DNA of 52,692 nucleotides from Bacteroidales bacterium UBA1722 (GTDB lineage: Bacteria > Bacteroidota > Bacteroidia > Bacteroidales > UBA932), in assembly GCA_002317435.1 (NCBI GenBank), contig DCIQ01000194.1, positions 1 through 52,692 on the forward strand, given 5' to 3'. The position numbers were made by a program, and so were the translations under genes. The notes under the pieces were generated by a model. The model was not told the origin of the DNA, did not search any database, and saw nothing but the letters and a program-made list of their open reading frames with translations. Position 1 is the stretch's first letter. Each line of letters opens with the position of its first letter. Below, piece by piece: positions 1-10,055 of this stretch.

Positions 1-765
1 CCGTCGCGCTATGAACTCCTGGCACGTCTTTTCGAAAGCGGATGGGACGAAGCCTTTGACAAGTTTGACGACATTCCCAATGCGAAGACCGATGTCAACA
101 ATCACGGCGCCTTCAGTTCGGATATGATCGGAGCGAATTATGAATATCCTGAAGCCGGTTATCAGCGCAGGGAAGAGATTATCGCCATGCACAGGTCATA
201 TCAGGCGGGCCTGTATTATTTTATGGCCACAGACCCCCGTGTGCCCGAGGATATCAGGACTCGTATGAACGAATGGGGATATGCGAAGGATGAATTCGCC
301 GACAACGGCTGCTGGCCATACAATATCTATGTCAGGGAAGCCCGGAGAATGATAGGTCAGAAAGTAATGACTGAAAATGAGGTGAACGGCTCCGCCCCGG
401 TGGAGGAAAGTGTGGGTATGGGTTCTTATACCCTCGACTCACACAATGTCCAGCGATATGTTACCGAAGAAGGATATGTCCAGAATGAGGGCGATGTGGG
501 AATCGGTGTCGCTCCCTATCGCATAGAGATGAAGAGCCTTCTCCCCAAATCAGACCAGTGCCGCAATCTGGTCGTTCCGACGGCTCTCTCCTGCAGTCAT
601 ATTGCCTTCGGCTCGATCCGGATGGAGCCTGTATTCATGATACTCGGCCAAAGCGCCGCCGTCATGGCCGTTTGCGCCATAAATCAGAGAACGGATGTCT
701 GTGATGTCCCGTACAGCGATGTCAAGCCTCTCCTTCTCCGGTACGGGCAGGTGCTGGAATACTGA
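1..765 (+). CDS. FAD-dependent oxidoreductase family protein, C-terminal part (5' end outside the window)
   Basis: Frame 1 is open from nt 1 (PSRYELLARLFESGWDEAF...) into the 124..765 ORF. The sequence (GANYEYPEAGYQRREEI, YNIYVREARRMIG, ALSCSHIAFGSIRMEPV) resembles the Bacteroidetes FAD_oxidored-type proteins often found near PULs. Recognition is by eye only. Confidence 0.6.
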   Translation, partial: PSRYELLARLFESGWDEAFDKFDDIPNAKTDVNNHGAFSSDMIGANYEYPEAGYQRREEIIAMHRSYQAGLYYFMATDPRVPEDIRTRMNEWGYAKDEFADNGCWPYNIYVREARRMIGQKVMTENEVNGSAPVEESVGMGSYTLDSHNVQRYVTEEGYVQNEGDVGIGVAPYRIEMKSLLPKSDQCRNLVVPTALSCSHIAFGSIRMEPVFMILGQSAAVMAVCAINQRTDVCDVPYSDVKPLLLRYGQVLEY

Positions 766-922
766 TATGCATAAGTTCCATATATGCCTCCGGCAATGTG
801 TGACTGAGTAAGCTTCCGATACCTCAAGTGAATATTTTTTAATGATGGCTTAGGTGTTTTTTTCTGCGTCTTGGGGAGAATTGAGTATCTTAGCGCCCAA
901 TATACCAATCATTATACATATC

Positions 923-1507
923 ATGAATTTCCTCGAGTCAAAAATTCTCTCAGACGGTGTTCTGAAGGAAGGGAACATCCTTAAAGTGAACGGATTTCTG
1001 AATCATCTCATCGATGTCGACATCGCAGACCAGATGGCGGCGGATTTCATCAGGCGCTTCAAGGGAGAACATATCACCAAAATCCTCACTATCGAAGCAA
1101 GCGGTATCTCCATAGCCATGGTGACTGCATTCAAGCTTCATGTTCCGATGCTTTTCGCCAAGAAGACTCAGAGTCTCAATGTCGACGGTGAAGTATATGC
1201 GGCGGATGCCTATTCGTTTACCCACAAGACCAATAACCATATATTCGTTTCCAGCAAGTATCTCAGTCCCGATGACAAGGTTCTCATAATAGATGATTTT
1301 CTGGCCAACGGTCAGGCTCTCAAGGCTCTGATAAACATAGTGGAACAGGCCGGAGCCAAGGTGGTGGGATGCGGGATAGCCATCGAGAAAGGTTTCCAGG
1401 AAGGTGGGGCTCTGGTCAGGGGTCTCGGATATCGTGTGGAGTCCATCGCCATCATAGATGAGATGGATTATGCTACCCAGACCATAAAGTTCCGTGAGCA
1501 GAATTGA
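923..1507 (+). CDS. xpt: xanthine phosphoribosyltransferase
   Basis: The ATG at 923 gives MNFLESKILSDGVLKEGNILKVNGFLNH... and the PRPP-binding motif VLIIDDFLANGQA, a typical Xpt of ~194 aa. The 854 start in the ORF track is a GTG extension. Confidence 0.9.
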   Translation: MNFLESKILSDGVLKEGNILKVNGFLNHLIDVDIADQMAADFIRRFKGEHITKILTIEASGISIAMVTAFKLHVPMLFAKKTQSLNVDGEVYAADAYSFTHKTNNHIFVSSKYLSPDDKVLIIDDFLANGQALKALINIVEQAGAKVVGCGIAIEKGFQEGGALVRGLGYRVESIAIIDEMDYATQTIKFREQN

Positions 1508-1547
1508 ATTGTCAACCAAAACATTAACCATAAAAAATTATCTATTC

Positions 1548-2855
1548 ATGAATTCAACAGACAATCTTTACCAACTTGACGGCAGAGTCAATTTGGCGAA
1601 GGCCGTTCCTTTCGGTCTGCAGCACGTTCTCGCGATGTTCGTATCGAACGTGACGCCTATCATCATTCTTCTCGGAGTCATAGGTGCTGACAAGGGGCTT
1701 ACCGCGAGTCTCGTCCAGAACGCCATGATCATCGCCGGTATCGGTACTCTCGTGCAGTTGTATCCTGTATGGAAAGTGGGCTCACGCCTCCCCATCGTTA
1801 TGGGTGTAAGTTTCACATTCCTCTCATTGGCCATCGTAATCGCGACCACGCAGGGAATGGGTGTCCTGATGGGTGCTGTTATCGTCGGCGGTATCATCGA
1901 AGGTCTTCTCGGTCTCTTCGCCAAATATTGGATCAAGGTAATCACCCCTATCGTGGCGGCCACGGTGGTGACCGGTATCGGTTTCTCCCTGCTTCCCATC
2001 GGTGCCAACTCTTTCGCCGGAGGTCAGGGCGCCGCGGATTTCGGTGCCGCGCACAACTGGATAGTGGGTTCGGTGACTCTTCTCACCTGCCTCGGCTTCC
2101 AGGTGTTTGCCAAAGGCTATATGAAATCCCTCTCAGTGCTCTTCGGATTGATAGTCGGGTATATTCTGGCGGCATGCATGGGTATGGTCAGCATCTCGTT
2201 CGACGGGGTGGGAGTTGTCGCTCTTCCCAAACTTCTTCCCTTCAAACCCGAATTCGAACTCGGAGCCATCCTCTCTATCGTATGTATCTTCCTCGTTTCC
2301 GCTACGGAGACCATCGGTGATACCACAGCCATGACCAATTCCGCATTGAACAGGGATATCAAACCCAAGGAACTTCAGGGCTCCATCGCCTGCGACGGTT
2401 TCGTAAGCTCGCTTGGCGGTGTATTCGGTCTTACCCCTATCACCTCTTTCAGCCAGAATGTGGGTCTGCTCGCCATGAGCCATGTGGTGAACCGTTTCAC
2501 CATCGCCACCGGTGCCGCCATCATGCTTCTCGCCGGTCTTTTCCCCGCGTTCGGAGTTATCCTGACCAGCATCCCCCAGGCTGTCCTCGGCGGGTGTACC
2601 ATTATGATGTTCGGCTCGATTATGTTCGCCGGTTTCGGTATGATCGCCAAGTGCGGTTTCTCCAGCCGTAATATGGTTATCGTCTCTCTTGCCCTCAGCG
2701 TAGGACTGGGCTTCACACAGGCTTCTGCCATGTTCGGTATCTTCCCCGACATCGTCAAGACCGTGTTCGCCGAGAATTGCGTGGCCGTAATATTCCTCCT
2801 CGCACTTGTTCTCAATCTGATTCTTCCGAAGGAAAAAGAGCAAGCTCTCGTGTAG
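1548..2855 (+). CDS. pbuX: NCS2 family nucleobase (xanthine/uracil) permease
   Basis: Polytopic membrane protein with NCS2 hallmarks (GLQHVLAMF, ATETIGD, FSQNVGL). It sits directly downstream of xpt, as in xpt-pbuX operons. The ATG at 1548 (MNSTDNLYQLDG) is preferred over the overlapping 1494 start. Confidence 0.85.
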   Translation: MNSTDNLYQLDGRVNLAKAVPFGLQHVLAMFVSNVTPIIILLGVIGADKGLTASLVQNAMIIAGIGTLVQLYPVWKVGSRLPIVMGVSFTFLSLAIVIATTQGMGVLMGAVIVGGIIEGLLGLFAKYWIKVITPIVAATVVTGIGFSLLPIGANSFAGGQGAADFGAAHNWIVGSVTLLTCLGFQVFAKGYMKSLSVLFGLIVGYILAACMGMVSISFDGVGVVALPKLLPFKPEFELGAILSIVCIFLVSATETIGDTTAMTNSALNRDIKPKELQGSIACDGFVSSLGGVFGLTPITSFSQNVGLLAMSHVVNRFTIATGAAIMLLAGLFPAFGVILTSIPQAVLGGCTIMMFGSIMFAGFGMIAKCGFSSRNMVIVSLALSVGLGFTQASAMFGIFPDIVKTVFAENCVAVIFLLALVLNLILPKEKEQALV

Positions 2856-2876
2856 TCCCCCGGTGGATGAATAATG

Positions 2877-2913
2877 ATGCACTGCCGTTCATAAAGATGA
2901 ACAGCAGTGCTTT
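2877..2913 (+). terminator. Intrinsic terminator after the permease gene; overlaps the 3' end of the convergent HTCS gene
   Basis: Hairpin gcactgc-c-gttcat-aaag-atgaac-a-gcagtgc followed by TTTTT. Confidence 0.5.
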
Positions 2914-5900
2914 TTGTATTCCTTCGGAGTCTTGGAAGTGTGATGCTTGAACAAGGTACTGAAGCGGCTCAGGGAATTGAAACCGACTTTATCGGCTATT
3001 TCGCTCATAGTCAGCTGGCTGTTCTCTATAAGGTGAATGGCCTTGGTAATACGTGTCTGGTTTATGTATTCCGTGACTGTCATTCCGGTAACGGACTTGA
3101 CTCTGCCGAAGAATACAGTCCTGCCGAGATTCATCTTTTTCATAAGGAAGGGGATGTTCAACTGCGAGTTGGAGATATTCTCAAGAATCATCCTGTCCAG
3201 TTCGAGAAGAAACTGCTCGTCGGAAAGTGTAATGCCGTTTTCCTTTCTTGAGATCAATCCTGCATTTTTACGGTACTGGCTGCTGATTCTTTCCTTCTTC
3301 TTCAGACTGTTTCCTATCATTGAGATAAGAAGGTCCAAATCGAATGGTTTGGCGATGAAGTTGTCAGCCCCATCCCTATATCCGACCGATAAACTTTCCG
3401 GATCATCGTCGGATGTCATGAGTATTATCGTAGAATTGCATACCGAAGGTGTTTCCCTTATCTTTCGGCATAGTTCATGTCCGTTCATTCCGGGCATCAT
3501 GACATCGCAGAGGATTATGTCCGGCTTCTTGTCAAGTGCCACTGACATCCCTTTTTCGCCGTCGAATGATGTATATATGTTCCTGAAGCAGTACATGAGT
3601 TCATTTTTCAGATAATGGTTGAAATCCTGATTGTCATCTATTATGAGCAGAGTGTATCCGGTGCAGTAACTTGCCAGTGACTCCATATCCGAATCAGATA
3701 TTCTGGAGGCATCGTTACCGGCTCCGATGTTTTTCTCCGATGTTTTCTCGATCAGAGGTATGGAGAAGGAGAATGTGGCTCCGTCACCCGGATTTGAAAG
3801 TGCCGTGAGGGTGCCCCCGTGGAGACGAATCAATTCGTAGGAATATGCCAGTCCGATACCGTTTCCTTTTGCGGAAGTATCCGCCTGATAGAACATATTG
3901 AACAGTTTTTCCGTATCTGCCTCAGTCAGTCCGAGCCCTTCATCAATCACACTTACCGTAAGGGAACTGGTGTCGTGAGAGACCGTTACTTTGACACAGG
4001 TCCCGGACGGACTGAATTTTAGTGCATTGGATAGCAGATTGGAAATCACTATCCTGAGTTTTTTGTCATCATATTCGAGGGAATGGATGTTCTGGTCCGG
4101 AATAAATCTCAGTTCCACACCGTTTTCCGAAAATTCCCGGATAAATGGATGTATGATTTCATTCATCCATTTGTTGAAAGGATGAACGGAGAGATTCAGT
4201 TCCAAATCCCCCTTATCCAGTTTGTTCAGATCCAGTACCATATTGACGACATCCCGCAGGTGACACGTCTGTTGGAAAATGTCCGTCAGACTTTCCTGAG
4301 ATATCTTCTCCGTGGGATTTTTTTTCATCAGGCTTTTCAGGGGCGTATATATGAGACTGAGCGGAGTCTTGAGTTCATGGCACATTATCAACAGGTTCTG
4401 CAGTTTTTTCCGCTGACGGTCCTGTTCGTCCCGGACCATCTGTTCTTTTCGGAGATTCTCAAGGTGCCTGTTCCTTCGCACGTGGAATGCCACTGCCGAG
4501 CAGATGAACGCAAGCATATATAGAACAACGGCCGGTGTGCTTCTGTACCATGGTTTCAGAACCTTGATGTCTGCCAGAATTTGCTCTTTCGAAGGAATTC
4601 CGTTTTTCATCATGCATACTGCGGATATGGTGTACGTTCCGTCTTTCAAGGCAGGAATGTTCAACTCACTGCTCCCTGTCAATGTCATATATTCGGAATG
4701 ACTGTCTTTTATCGTGTAGCGGAATGCTTTCCGGCGGAAAAGATCGCTGTCATCAGTACATACGGACAGTGTTATGGACTTGTAGTCCGACGGTATGCGG
4801 ACCGGCGTATCATTCAGAGGATATGCAGTGCCGTCGATGGTGAAACTGCGGACATGAATGTGCGGATCTTCTTTTGTGAAACGGATGTTCTGGAGATCAA
4901 TTCTGATCAGCCCCTCGGTTCCTCCGAAATAGAGATATGGCGACTGATGTATTTTACTGAAGATGTCGGTAATCTCATTCGGTCTGTACCCGTCTGACGA
5001 TCCCCATTCTGTGATGATTTCCTTATCATAGGTGAAAAGAGAGTTGTCCGCCGCTATCCACACACGTCCCTGCCGGTCTGCCTTAAGTGAAGTGATCCGG
5101 CTGAACAGAGACGTCTTGAATCGTTCAGGCTTTTGCAATACCGGGTCCAATATGGTGAGGCCCTGATTTGAACCGATAAAGAGCCTTCCGTCAGGTGTGC
5201 TTGTGACACTTTTGATTATTTCACTTTCACCCAGAATACATAATGTCTGAACTTCGTGTGTGTTCAGATTCATTTTCCAGATTATGTTCTTTCCGCTTCC
5301 CATTATGATGTAGGCCCATCGTCCGTCAGTATGTGCAAGTGTCAGGTCACCCTGCGGGGCGGATTCTATTTTTCTGAAAGACCTGTTCCTGCTGTCGTAT
5401 ATGGTCAGACCCTCTCCCAGAATATATATTTCGTCATCTGTCACCCTGTGCGCAGTAATCAGATTCCAGGACATTCTCGCACTCCTGTCACTTTCTTCAT
5501 CGGAGATGATGAATCTCGAGAGTGTGCCCCGTTCTTTGGAAAACAGGAAAAATCCCCTGTTGAATGCAGATAGCAGGAGATTTTCATCGTCCATATCCGT
5601 TATGGAGATGATGCTCATTCCGAGTGTTTCCTCGAAATGCCTGAAACTGCCATCTTTAGGGGAATACATATTGAGACCGTTTCCATCGGTGCCTATCCAC
5701 AATGTGCCGTCCTGTTCTTCGAAAAGGCTGGCTACACTCTTTTCACTCAGTCCGGAACTGATAGTCCTGTATTCGGCAGGAACTTCCATGAAAGTATGGA
5801 TAAAGGAAGGTTTCAGGTTCAGCAGACCGTTTCTCACTGTTCCCACCCAGATGTTTCCCGAATAGTCTTTCTGAATCAGAGTCAATGAATTCGTAGGAAT

Positions 5901-6800
5901 CTGCCAGGTCCCCGCCCCTTTTTTATATGGACGTACGAATCTGCCTTCGACCGGATCCATCACATTGATGCCACCTCCGTCCGTAGAACAGTACAGTAAA
6001 TCTCCGTCTTTCATAAACCCGTTCACTATGTCGTGGGTCAGTTTTGAATTGACACTGTTCCAGTGTCCTGAAATGGAACCGTCGGGGGAGAGCCTGTAGA
6101 TGCCGTCCTTATAAGACGATATGAAGAGGGTGCCGTCATCCGTTCTGTGAAGGCCATAAATGTCGGGAACGGGCTCCCACTTTCCGGAGCCATATTCACC
6201 TGTAATGACGTTGAATCGCAGGAGAAGATTATCCGAAGTGGCCAGAATGATATTGTCGTCGGTCTCCGATACCATATATCTCACGGAAGTACGTTCGCGG
6301 ACGAATGATGAAGGCAGCGTGGCTCTGGAGAAAGAACCGTCATCCATATCGTACAGGTAGATGCATTCGGTACTTCCGAATAACAGATGGGAACCGATAT
6401 GCAGTGAACACCATATCACATCATCTGTCAGAGAAGTGCAGGTGTGGCAGTCTCTGTCCATTATGGAAAGTCCGCTGTAGGTGCCTACCAATATGTTGCC
6501 CCTGCTGTCCTCCTGCAGCGTGGATAAATTGTTTGACGGTATCGTGGAGGGATCATCGTTTTTATGATAGAATGTCTCGATATGTGTCTGGTCATATAGA
6601 TTCAGTCCGCATCTGGTTCCTATCCACAGTAATCCCCTGCTGTCCCTCAGTATGCATTTGACCGTATTCTGGGAGAGTCCTTCATCCAGTCCGAGCTTTC
6701 CGTAGCAGGAAAGGTCTCCCTCGGCGGATACTGAAAAGGGGAGAAAAAGGCAGAATGCCATAATGGTCAGTATCCTTTTGACTTGCAGCATTGTATTCAT
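2889..6800 (-). CDS. Hybrid two-component system sensor kinase/response regulator with AraC-type HTH (HTCS, PUL regulator)
   Basis: Signal/TM segment followed by a long periplasmic beta-propeller/Y_Y_Y-like region and a TM segment. Then HisKA (MCHELKTPLSLI), HATPase (NLLSNALKF, DEGLGL, GIGLAY), REC (LLIIDDN...DVMMPGMNG) and C-terminal HTH_AraC (GFNSLSRFSTLFK). The ATG at 6800 (MNTMLQVKRIL) is preferred because the 6833 start is TTG and lies inside the putative -7 box. Confidence 0.9.
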   Translation of the reverse strand: MNTMLQVKRILTIMAFCLFLPFSVSAEGDLSCYGKLGLDEGLSQNTVKCILRDSRGLLWIGTRCGLNLYDQTHIETFYHKNDDPSTIPSNNLSTLQEDSRGNILVGTYSGLSIMDRDCHTCTSLTDDVIWCSLHIGSHLLFGSTECIYLYDMDDGSFSRATLPSSFVRERTSVRYMVSETDDNIILATSDNLLLRFNVITGEYGSGKWEPVPDIYGLHRTDDGTLFISSYKDGIYRLSPDGSISGHWNSVNSKLTHDIVNGFMKDGDLLYCSTDGGGINVMDPVEGRFVRPYKKGAGTWQIPTNSLTLIQKDYSGNIWVGTVRNGLLNLKPSFIHTFMEVPAEYRTISSGLSEKSVASLFEEQDGTLWIGTDGNGLNMYSPKDGSFRHFEETLGMSIISITDMDDENLLLSAFNRGFFLFSKERGTLSRFIISDEESDRSARMSWNLITAHRVTDDEIYILGEGLTIYDSRNRSFRKIESAPQGDLTLAHTDGRWAYIIMGSGKNIIWKMNLNTHEVQTLCILGESEIIKSVTSTPDGRLFIGSNQGLTILDPVLQKPERFKTSLFSRITSLKADRQGRVWIAADNSLFTYDKEIITEWGSSDGYRPNEITDIFSKIHQSPYLYFGGTEGLIRIDLQNIRFTKEDPHIHVRSFTIDGTAYPLNDTPVRIPSDYKSITLSVCTDDSDLFRRKAFRYTIKDSHSEYMTLTGSSELNIPALKDGTYTISAVCMMKNGIPSKEQILADIKVLKPWYRSTPAVVLYMLAFICSAVAFHVRRNRHLENLRKEQMVRDEQDRQRKKLQNLLIMCHELKTPLSLIYTPLKSLMKKNPTEKISQESLTDIFQQTCHLRDVVNMVLDLNKLDKGDLELNLSVHPFNKWMNEIIHPFIREFSENGVELRFIPDQNIHSLEYDDKKLRIVISNLLSNALKFSPSGTCVKVTVSHDTSSLTVSVIDEGLGLTEADTEKLFNMFYQADTSAKGNGIGLAYSYELIRLHGGTLTALSNPGDGATFSFSIPLIEKTSEKNIGAGNDASRISDSDMESLASYCTGYTLLIIDDNQDFNHYLKNELMYCFRNIYTSFDGEKGMSVALDKKPDIILCDVMMPGMNGHELCRKIRETPSVCNSTIILMTSDDDPESLSVGYRDGADNFIAKPFDLDLLISMIGNSLKKKERISSQYRKNAGLISRKENGITLSDEQFLLELDRMILENISNSQLNIPFLMKKMNLGRTVFFGRVKSVTGMTVTEYINQTRITKAIHLIENSQLTMSEIADKVGFNSLSRFSTLFKHHTSKTPKEYKKHCCSSL

Positions 6801-6830
6801 TTTTCCGAAGTTTCGTAAGCGGTTACATCC

Positions 6831-6838
6831 CAAAGGTA
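6831..6838 (-). promoter_or_regulatory. Bacteroides-type -7 box (TAccTTTG) for the HTCS gene
   Basis: The minus strand reads TACCTTTG about 30 nt upstream of the ATG at 6800, matching the Bacteroides sigma-A consensus TAnnTTTG. Confidence 0.4.
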
Positions 6839-6925
6839 GGAATTAATGGCTTTCAGAAAAAGCATAAGTGTACGATAGATGAAACATTGTGTACAAAACG
6901 GAAAGTATGGAATGCCACGCGTTCT

Positions 6926-6933
6926 TAACTTTG
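6926..6933 (+). promoter_or_regulatory. Bacteroides-type -7 box (TAacTTTG) for the divergent DUF6057-like/susCD operon
   Basis: TAACTTTG on the plus strand. The first in-frame ATG downstream is at 6984. Confidence 0.4.
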
Positions 6934-6983
6934 CCAACAAGAGCAATTGCTTGGGATATCATGTTATTGATGCGAATGGGATT

Positions 6984-8540
6984 ATGAAATCGGATGGTCA
7001 CAGGTTTTTGGACGGCATCATCTTCACGGCTGTCACCGGTTCTCTGTTTCTGGTGCTGCAGGGTGCCTTCAAATTCCTCTTGTTGGATATGGAGGGTCGC
7101 CGGCTTTTCGTATGGGATATTGATATGTGGCTCGGAAAAATATCTGTTCCCGGAGGTTTTTCCGTTTGCTTGAGCGGTTTTATAGTTCAGTTCTTTCATT
7201 TTCCTGTGGTGGGGACCGTACTGGCTTCCCTCGTTTTGTCTCTGATTTTCTTCCTTCTGTTCAGGTGTGCCGGAAAGGTGTGCGGAGACGGCGTACCGGT
7301 AGGGAGATGGCTTTTCCCGTTATGTCTGATGCCTGCAGCCATACTGTCACTTGAGATGGTGACGGCTTCCTGTTCATTTCAGGCGATTGTCGATATGCTG
7401 CTTATCTGTTTCTGCCTGAAGTTCTGTATGGATGGGGAGGGCAGGATTTCAGTGGCCGTGCGAATCGCCTTGTCCGCCGTTTTTCTGCTTCTGGCAGTGG
7501 TTCCGGATGCCCCCGGCAAATATGGAACTGCTGACATGAGGCTTATATATGCCGCATGGGGTTCCATCCCGTTGGTGATGTTGGTGTTTTTCTGCGCGGG
7601 GAGGATGACCGAAGGAAAGCGTATCCGTGTATTGCATGGAACTCTCATAGTGCTCCTGTCCATTTCCGTATGGTGCTTTCCTGTGATGAAACTTGCAGGA
7701 AAATGGCGCCGGCCCAGACAGGAACAGCTCGCCAGAGTCTCTTATTATGCCAGAAATGACCAGTGGCCATATATACTGACGGTGTGCCGGCAGATGGACA
7801 TGAACAACTATATGTTGCTCAATTATGCGAATCTGGCATTGAGCCATCAGGGTGTTCTGGCATCCCGCTTCACGGATTTCCGCCAGGATTCTCCGAAGGC
7901 TCTCTGCATAGGGTCGGATATGACCCCGGGGGGTATGGAGGTTCAGTCGATGATTTATTATCAGATGGGCAACATAGCGGCTGCGCAGGATCTGGCATTC
8001 GAAGCGAACCAGTATGAGAAAAGCGCTTTCCTGATGCAGATGCTCGTGAAGTCGAATTTGATTTTCGGGGCGTATGATGTGGCATCGAAATATATAGGGA
8101 TTCTGGAAAGGACCATTTGTTACCGAAGCTGGGCTGTTGAAGCCAGGCAGTGTATGATGCATCTGCGGAATGGCGGTGAAACGGCATATTCTCCGCTGGA
8201 GCAGGAAATTCTCCGGAAACGTGCCGGTCTCCCCGTGACAGGCGATTTCGTGGTGAGGGATAATCTGATTCTGGACTTGACGCGGATTCTCGAGTCGGAT
8301 CCCGGTAATACGGCCGCCCGGGATTATGCCATCGTGTGGCTGATTCTCTCCCGTGACGCCACATCCCTGAAGCGGTTTGTGGATGAGTTCTACGGGACGC
8401 AGGTCCTTCCCGGACTCTCCAGAGATATGGAGATGGGGCTGCTTGCGGCCACTGACGGGGACCTTGATTATTGCCGGAGGCACGGAGTGACCGAAGATGT
8501 CATCAATATATTCTTGAAACGGAGCGGATATGGAAAATAA
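6984..8540 (+). CDS. Polytopic membrane protein, DUF6057-like (function unknown)
   Basis: N-terminal half has ~8 hydrophobic segments and the C-terminal half looks TPR-like/soluble. It resembles the Bacteroidales DUF6057 family from memory. The start at 6984 was chosen because it lies downstream of the -7 box; the ORF is open from 6879. Confidence 0.55.
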   Translation: MKSDGHRFLDGIIFTAVTGSLFLVLQGAFKFLLLDMEGRRLFVWDIDMWLGKISVPGGFSVCLSGFIVQFFHFPVVGTVLASLVLSLIFFLLFRCAGKVCGDGVPVGRWLFPLCLMPAAILSLEMVTASCSFQAIVDMLLICFCLKFCMDGEGRISVAVRIALSAVFLLLAVVPDAPGKYGTADMRLIYAAWGSIPLVMLVFFCAGRMTEGKRIRVLHGTLIVLLSISVWCFPVMKLAGKWRRPRQEQLARVSYYARNDQWPYILTVCRQMDMNNYMLLNYANLALSHQGVLASRFTDFRQDSPKALCIGSDMTPGGMEVQSMIYYQMGNIAAAQDLAFEANQYEKSAFLMQMLVKSNLIFGAYDVASKYIGILERTICYRSWAVEARQCMMHLRNGGETAYSPLEQEILRKRAGLPVTGDFVVRDNLILDLTRILESDPGNTAARDYAIVWLILSRDATSLKRFVDEFYGTQVLPGLSRDMEMGLLAATDGDLDYCRRHGVTEDVINIFLKRSGYGK

Positions 8541-10011
8541 TGTTTTAAGGTGGAGTCTGCCCTTTTTTCTGTCGCTGGTCCTTCTCTCCTGCGCGGGGGG
8601 CGATGACGTGGTCTCTACCGTGGGGAGGATGCCGGCTGTATTCCCGGATTATATCGGGGTCACCATACCTTCCAATATGGCCCCTATGAATTTCGTGATG
8701 GAGGAACCCGGAACATTTCGTCTCGTGATATCCGACGGTTCGGGTTCGATTCGGGTGCGGAGCGGTCACGGTGGGCTGTTCGACATCCCCCGCAGGAGCT
8801 GGCGCAGGATGGTCGCTCATGCTGCCGGCGGACATCTTTCTTTTACCGTTTTCCGTCGGGATGCAGACGGGTGGTCCGCTTATGAGCCTTTCAATATGAC
8901 CGTGGCACCCGAGCCGGCGGACGAATACATCGCCTTCAGATTTATTCCTCCGGGGTATGTCGCCTGGAAGGAGATGGGCCTTTATCAGAGATGCATAGAG
9001 AATTTCAGGACCTCCGAGATAATATCGAACCGGCGCACAGGGGAAAACTGTATGAACTGTCACTCTTTCTGTATGCAGAATCCGGACAGGATGTTGTTCC
9101 ACGTCAGGGCGGCACATGCCGGAACGGTCTTTTTATATGATGGAAAAGCGGAAAAGGTGAATACGGTGACTCCCGAGACCATCTCCGCTCTGGTGTATCC
9201 TTCCTGGCATCCCGGGGGGCGGTACGTGGCTTTCTCCAACAATGATACGCGTCAGGCTTTTTTTCTGAATCATCCGGGCAGGATAGAAGTATATGACAAC
9301 AGATCCGACGTGGTGGTGTATGACCTGTATCGGAATACGATCATATCGTGTCCGGAATTGAAGTCCGGAGATGCTTTCGAGACGTTCCCCACTTTTTCGC
9401 CCCGGGGGGACAGACTCTTTTTCTGCAGTGCATCCGCCGTGGAGCCGGTGCAGAATCATTTTGACGAGGTCAGATACAGTCTGTGCAGCATCGGTTTCGA
9501 TGCTTCGGACGGCAGTTTCGGCAGTGTGGTGGATACGTTGGTCGATGCGGTCGGAATGGGCGGCAGCGTCTCTTTCCCGAGAGTTTCTCCCGACGGCAGG
9601 TTCCTGGTCTTTACCTTTCATGCCTACGGCAATTTTTCCATCTGGCACCATGAGGCCGATCTGTATTGCCTGGATCTCGCGGACGGGAGTGTCCGGCCTT
9701 TCTCCAATGCCAACAGCGATGATACGGAAAGTTATCATTCCTGGAGCAGCAACAGCCGCTGGATGGTGTTCAGCAGCAGACGGGATGACGGGCTATATAC
9801 ACGTCCTTATCTGGTGTATGTGGATGCGGACGGACGGGATGCCAAGCCGTTTCTTCTTCCGCAGAGAAATCCCCGCAGGTATTATGACGCTCTTGAATTT
9901 TCATTCAATATTCCTGAATTCATAACTGACAGGGTGTCCCTTACGGGACGGAGGATGGCTGAGGCGGTGAAGCGGGATACGGTTTCGGGAGTTCGTTTTG
10001 AAATCAAATAA
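8530..10011 (+). CDS. Lipoprotein with a single CxxCH motif and TolB/PD40-like beta-propeller repeats
   Basis: Lipobox LLSC. CMNCH heme-binding-type motif. Repeated PD40-like segments (WHPGGRYVAFS, FSPRGDRLFF, VSPDGRFLVF, WSSNSRWMVFSS). Overlaps the upstream gene by 11 nt. Confidence 0.6.
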   Translation: MENNVLRWSLPFFLSLVLLSCAGGDDVVSTVGRMPAVFPDYIGVTIPSNMAPMNFVMEEPGTFRLVISDGSGSIRVRSGHGGLFDIPRRSWRRMVAHAAGGHLSFTVFRRDADGWSAYEPFNMTVAPEPADEYIAFRFIPPGYVAWKEMGLYQRCIENFRTSEIISNRRTGENCMNCHSFCMQNPDRMLFHVRAAHAGTVFLYDGKAEKVNTVTPETISALVYPSWHPGGRYVAFSNNDTRQAFFLNHPGRIEVYDNRSDVVVYDLYRNTIISCPELKSGDAFETFPTFSPRGDRLFFCSASAVEPVQNHFDEVRYSLCSIGFDASDGSFGSVVDTLVDAVGMGGSVSFPRVSPDGRFLVFTFHAYGNFSIWHHEADLYCLDLADGSVRPFSNANSDDTESYHSWSSNSRWMVFSSRRDDGLYTRPYLVYVDADGRDAKPFLLPQRNPRRYYDALEFSFNIPEFITDRVSLTGRRMAEAVKRDTVSGVRFEIK

Positions 10012-10055
10012 CTATTTATAGTTCAATACATTATTTCCAACTAATCACTATATTT

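Noticed and set aside
766-922. Possible purine riboswitch upstream of xpt, as in Firmicutes xpt-pbuX operons.
   Set aside because: I could not find the conserved purine-riboswitch junction and loop sequences or a three-way junction in the 157-nt leader.
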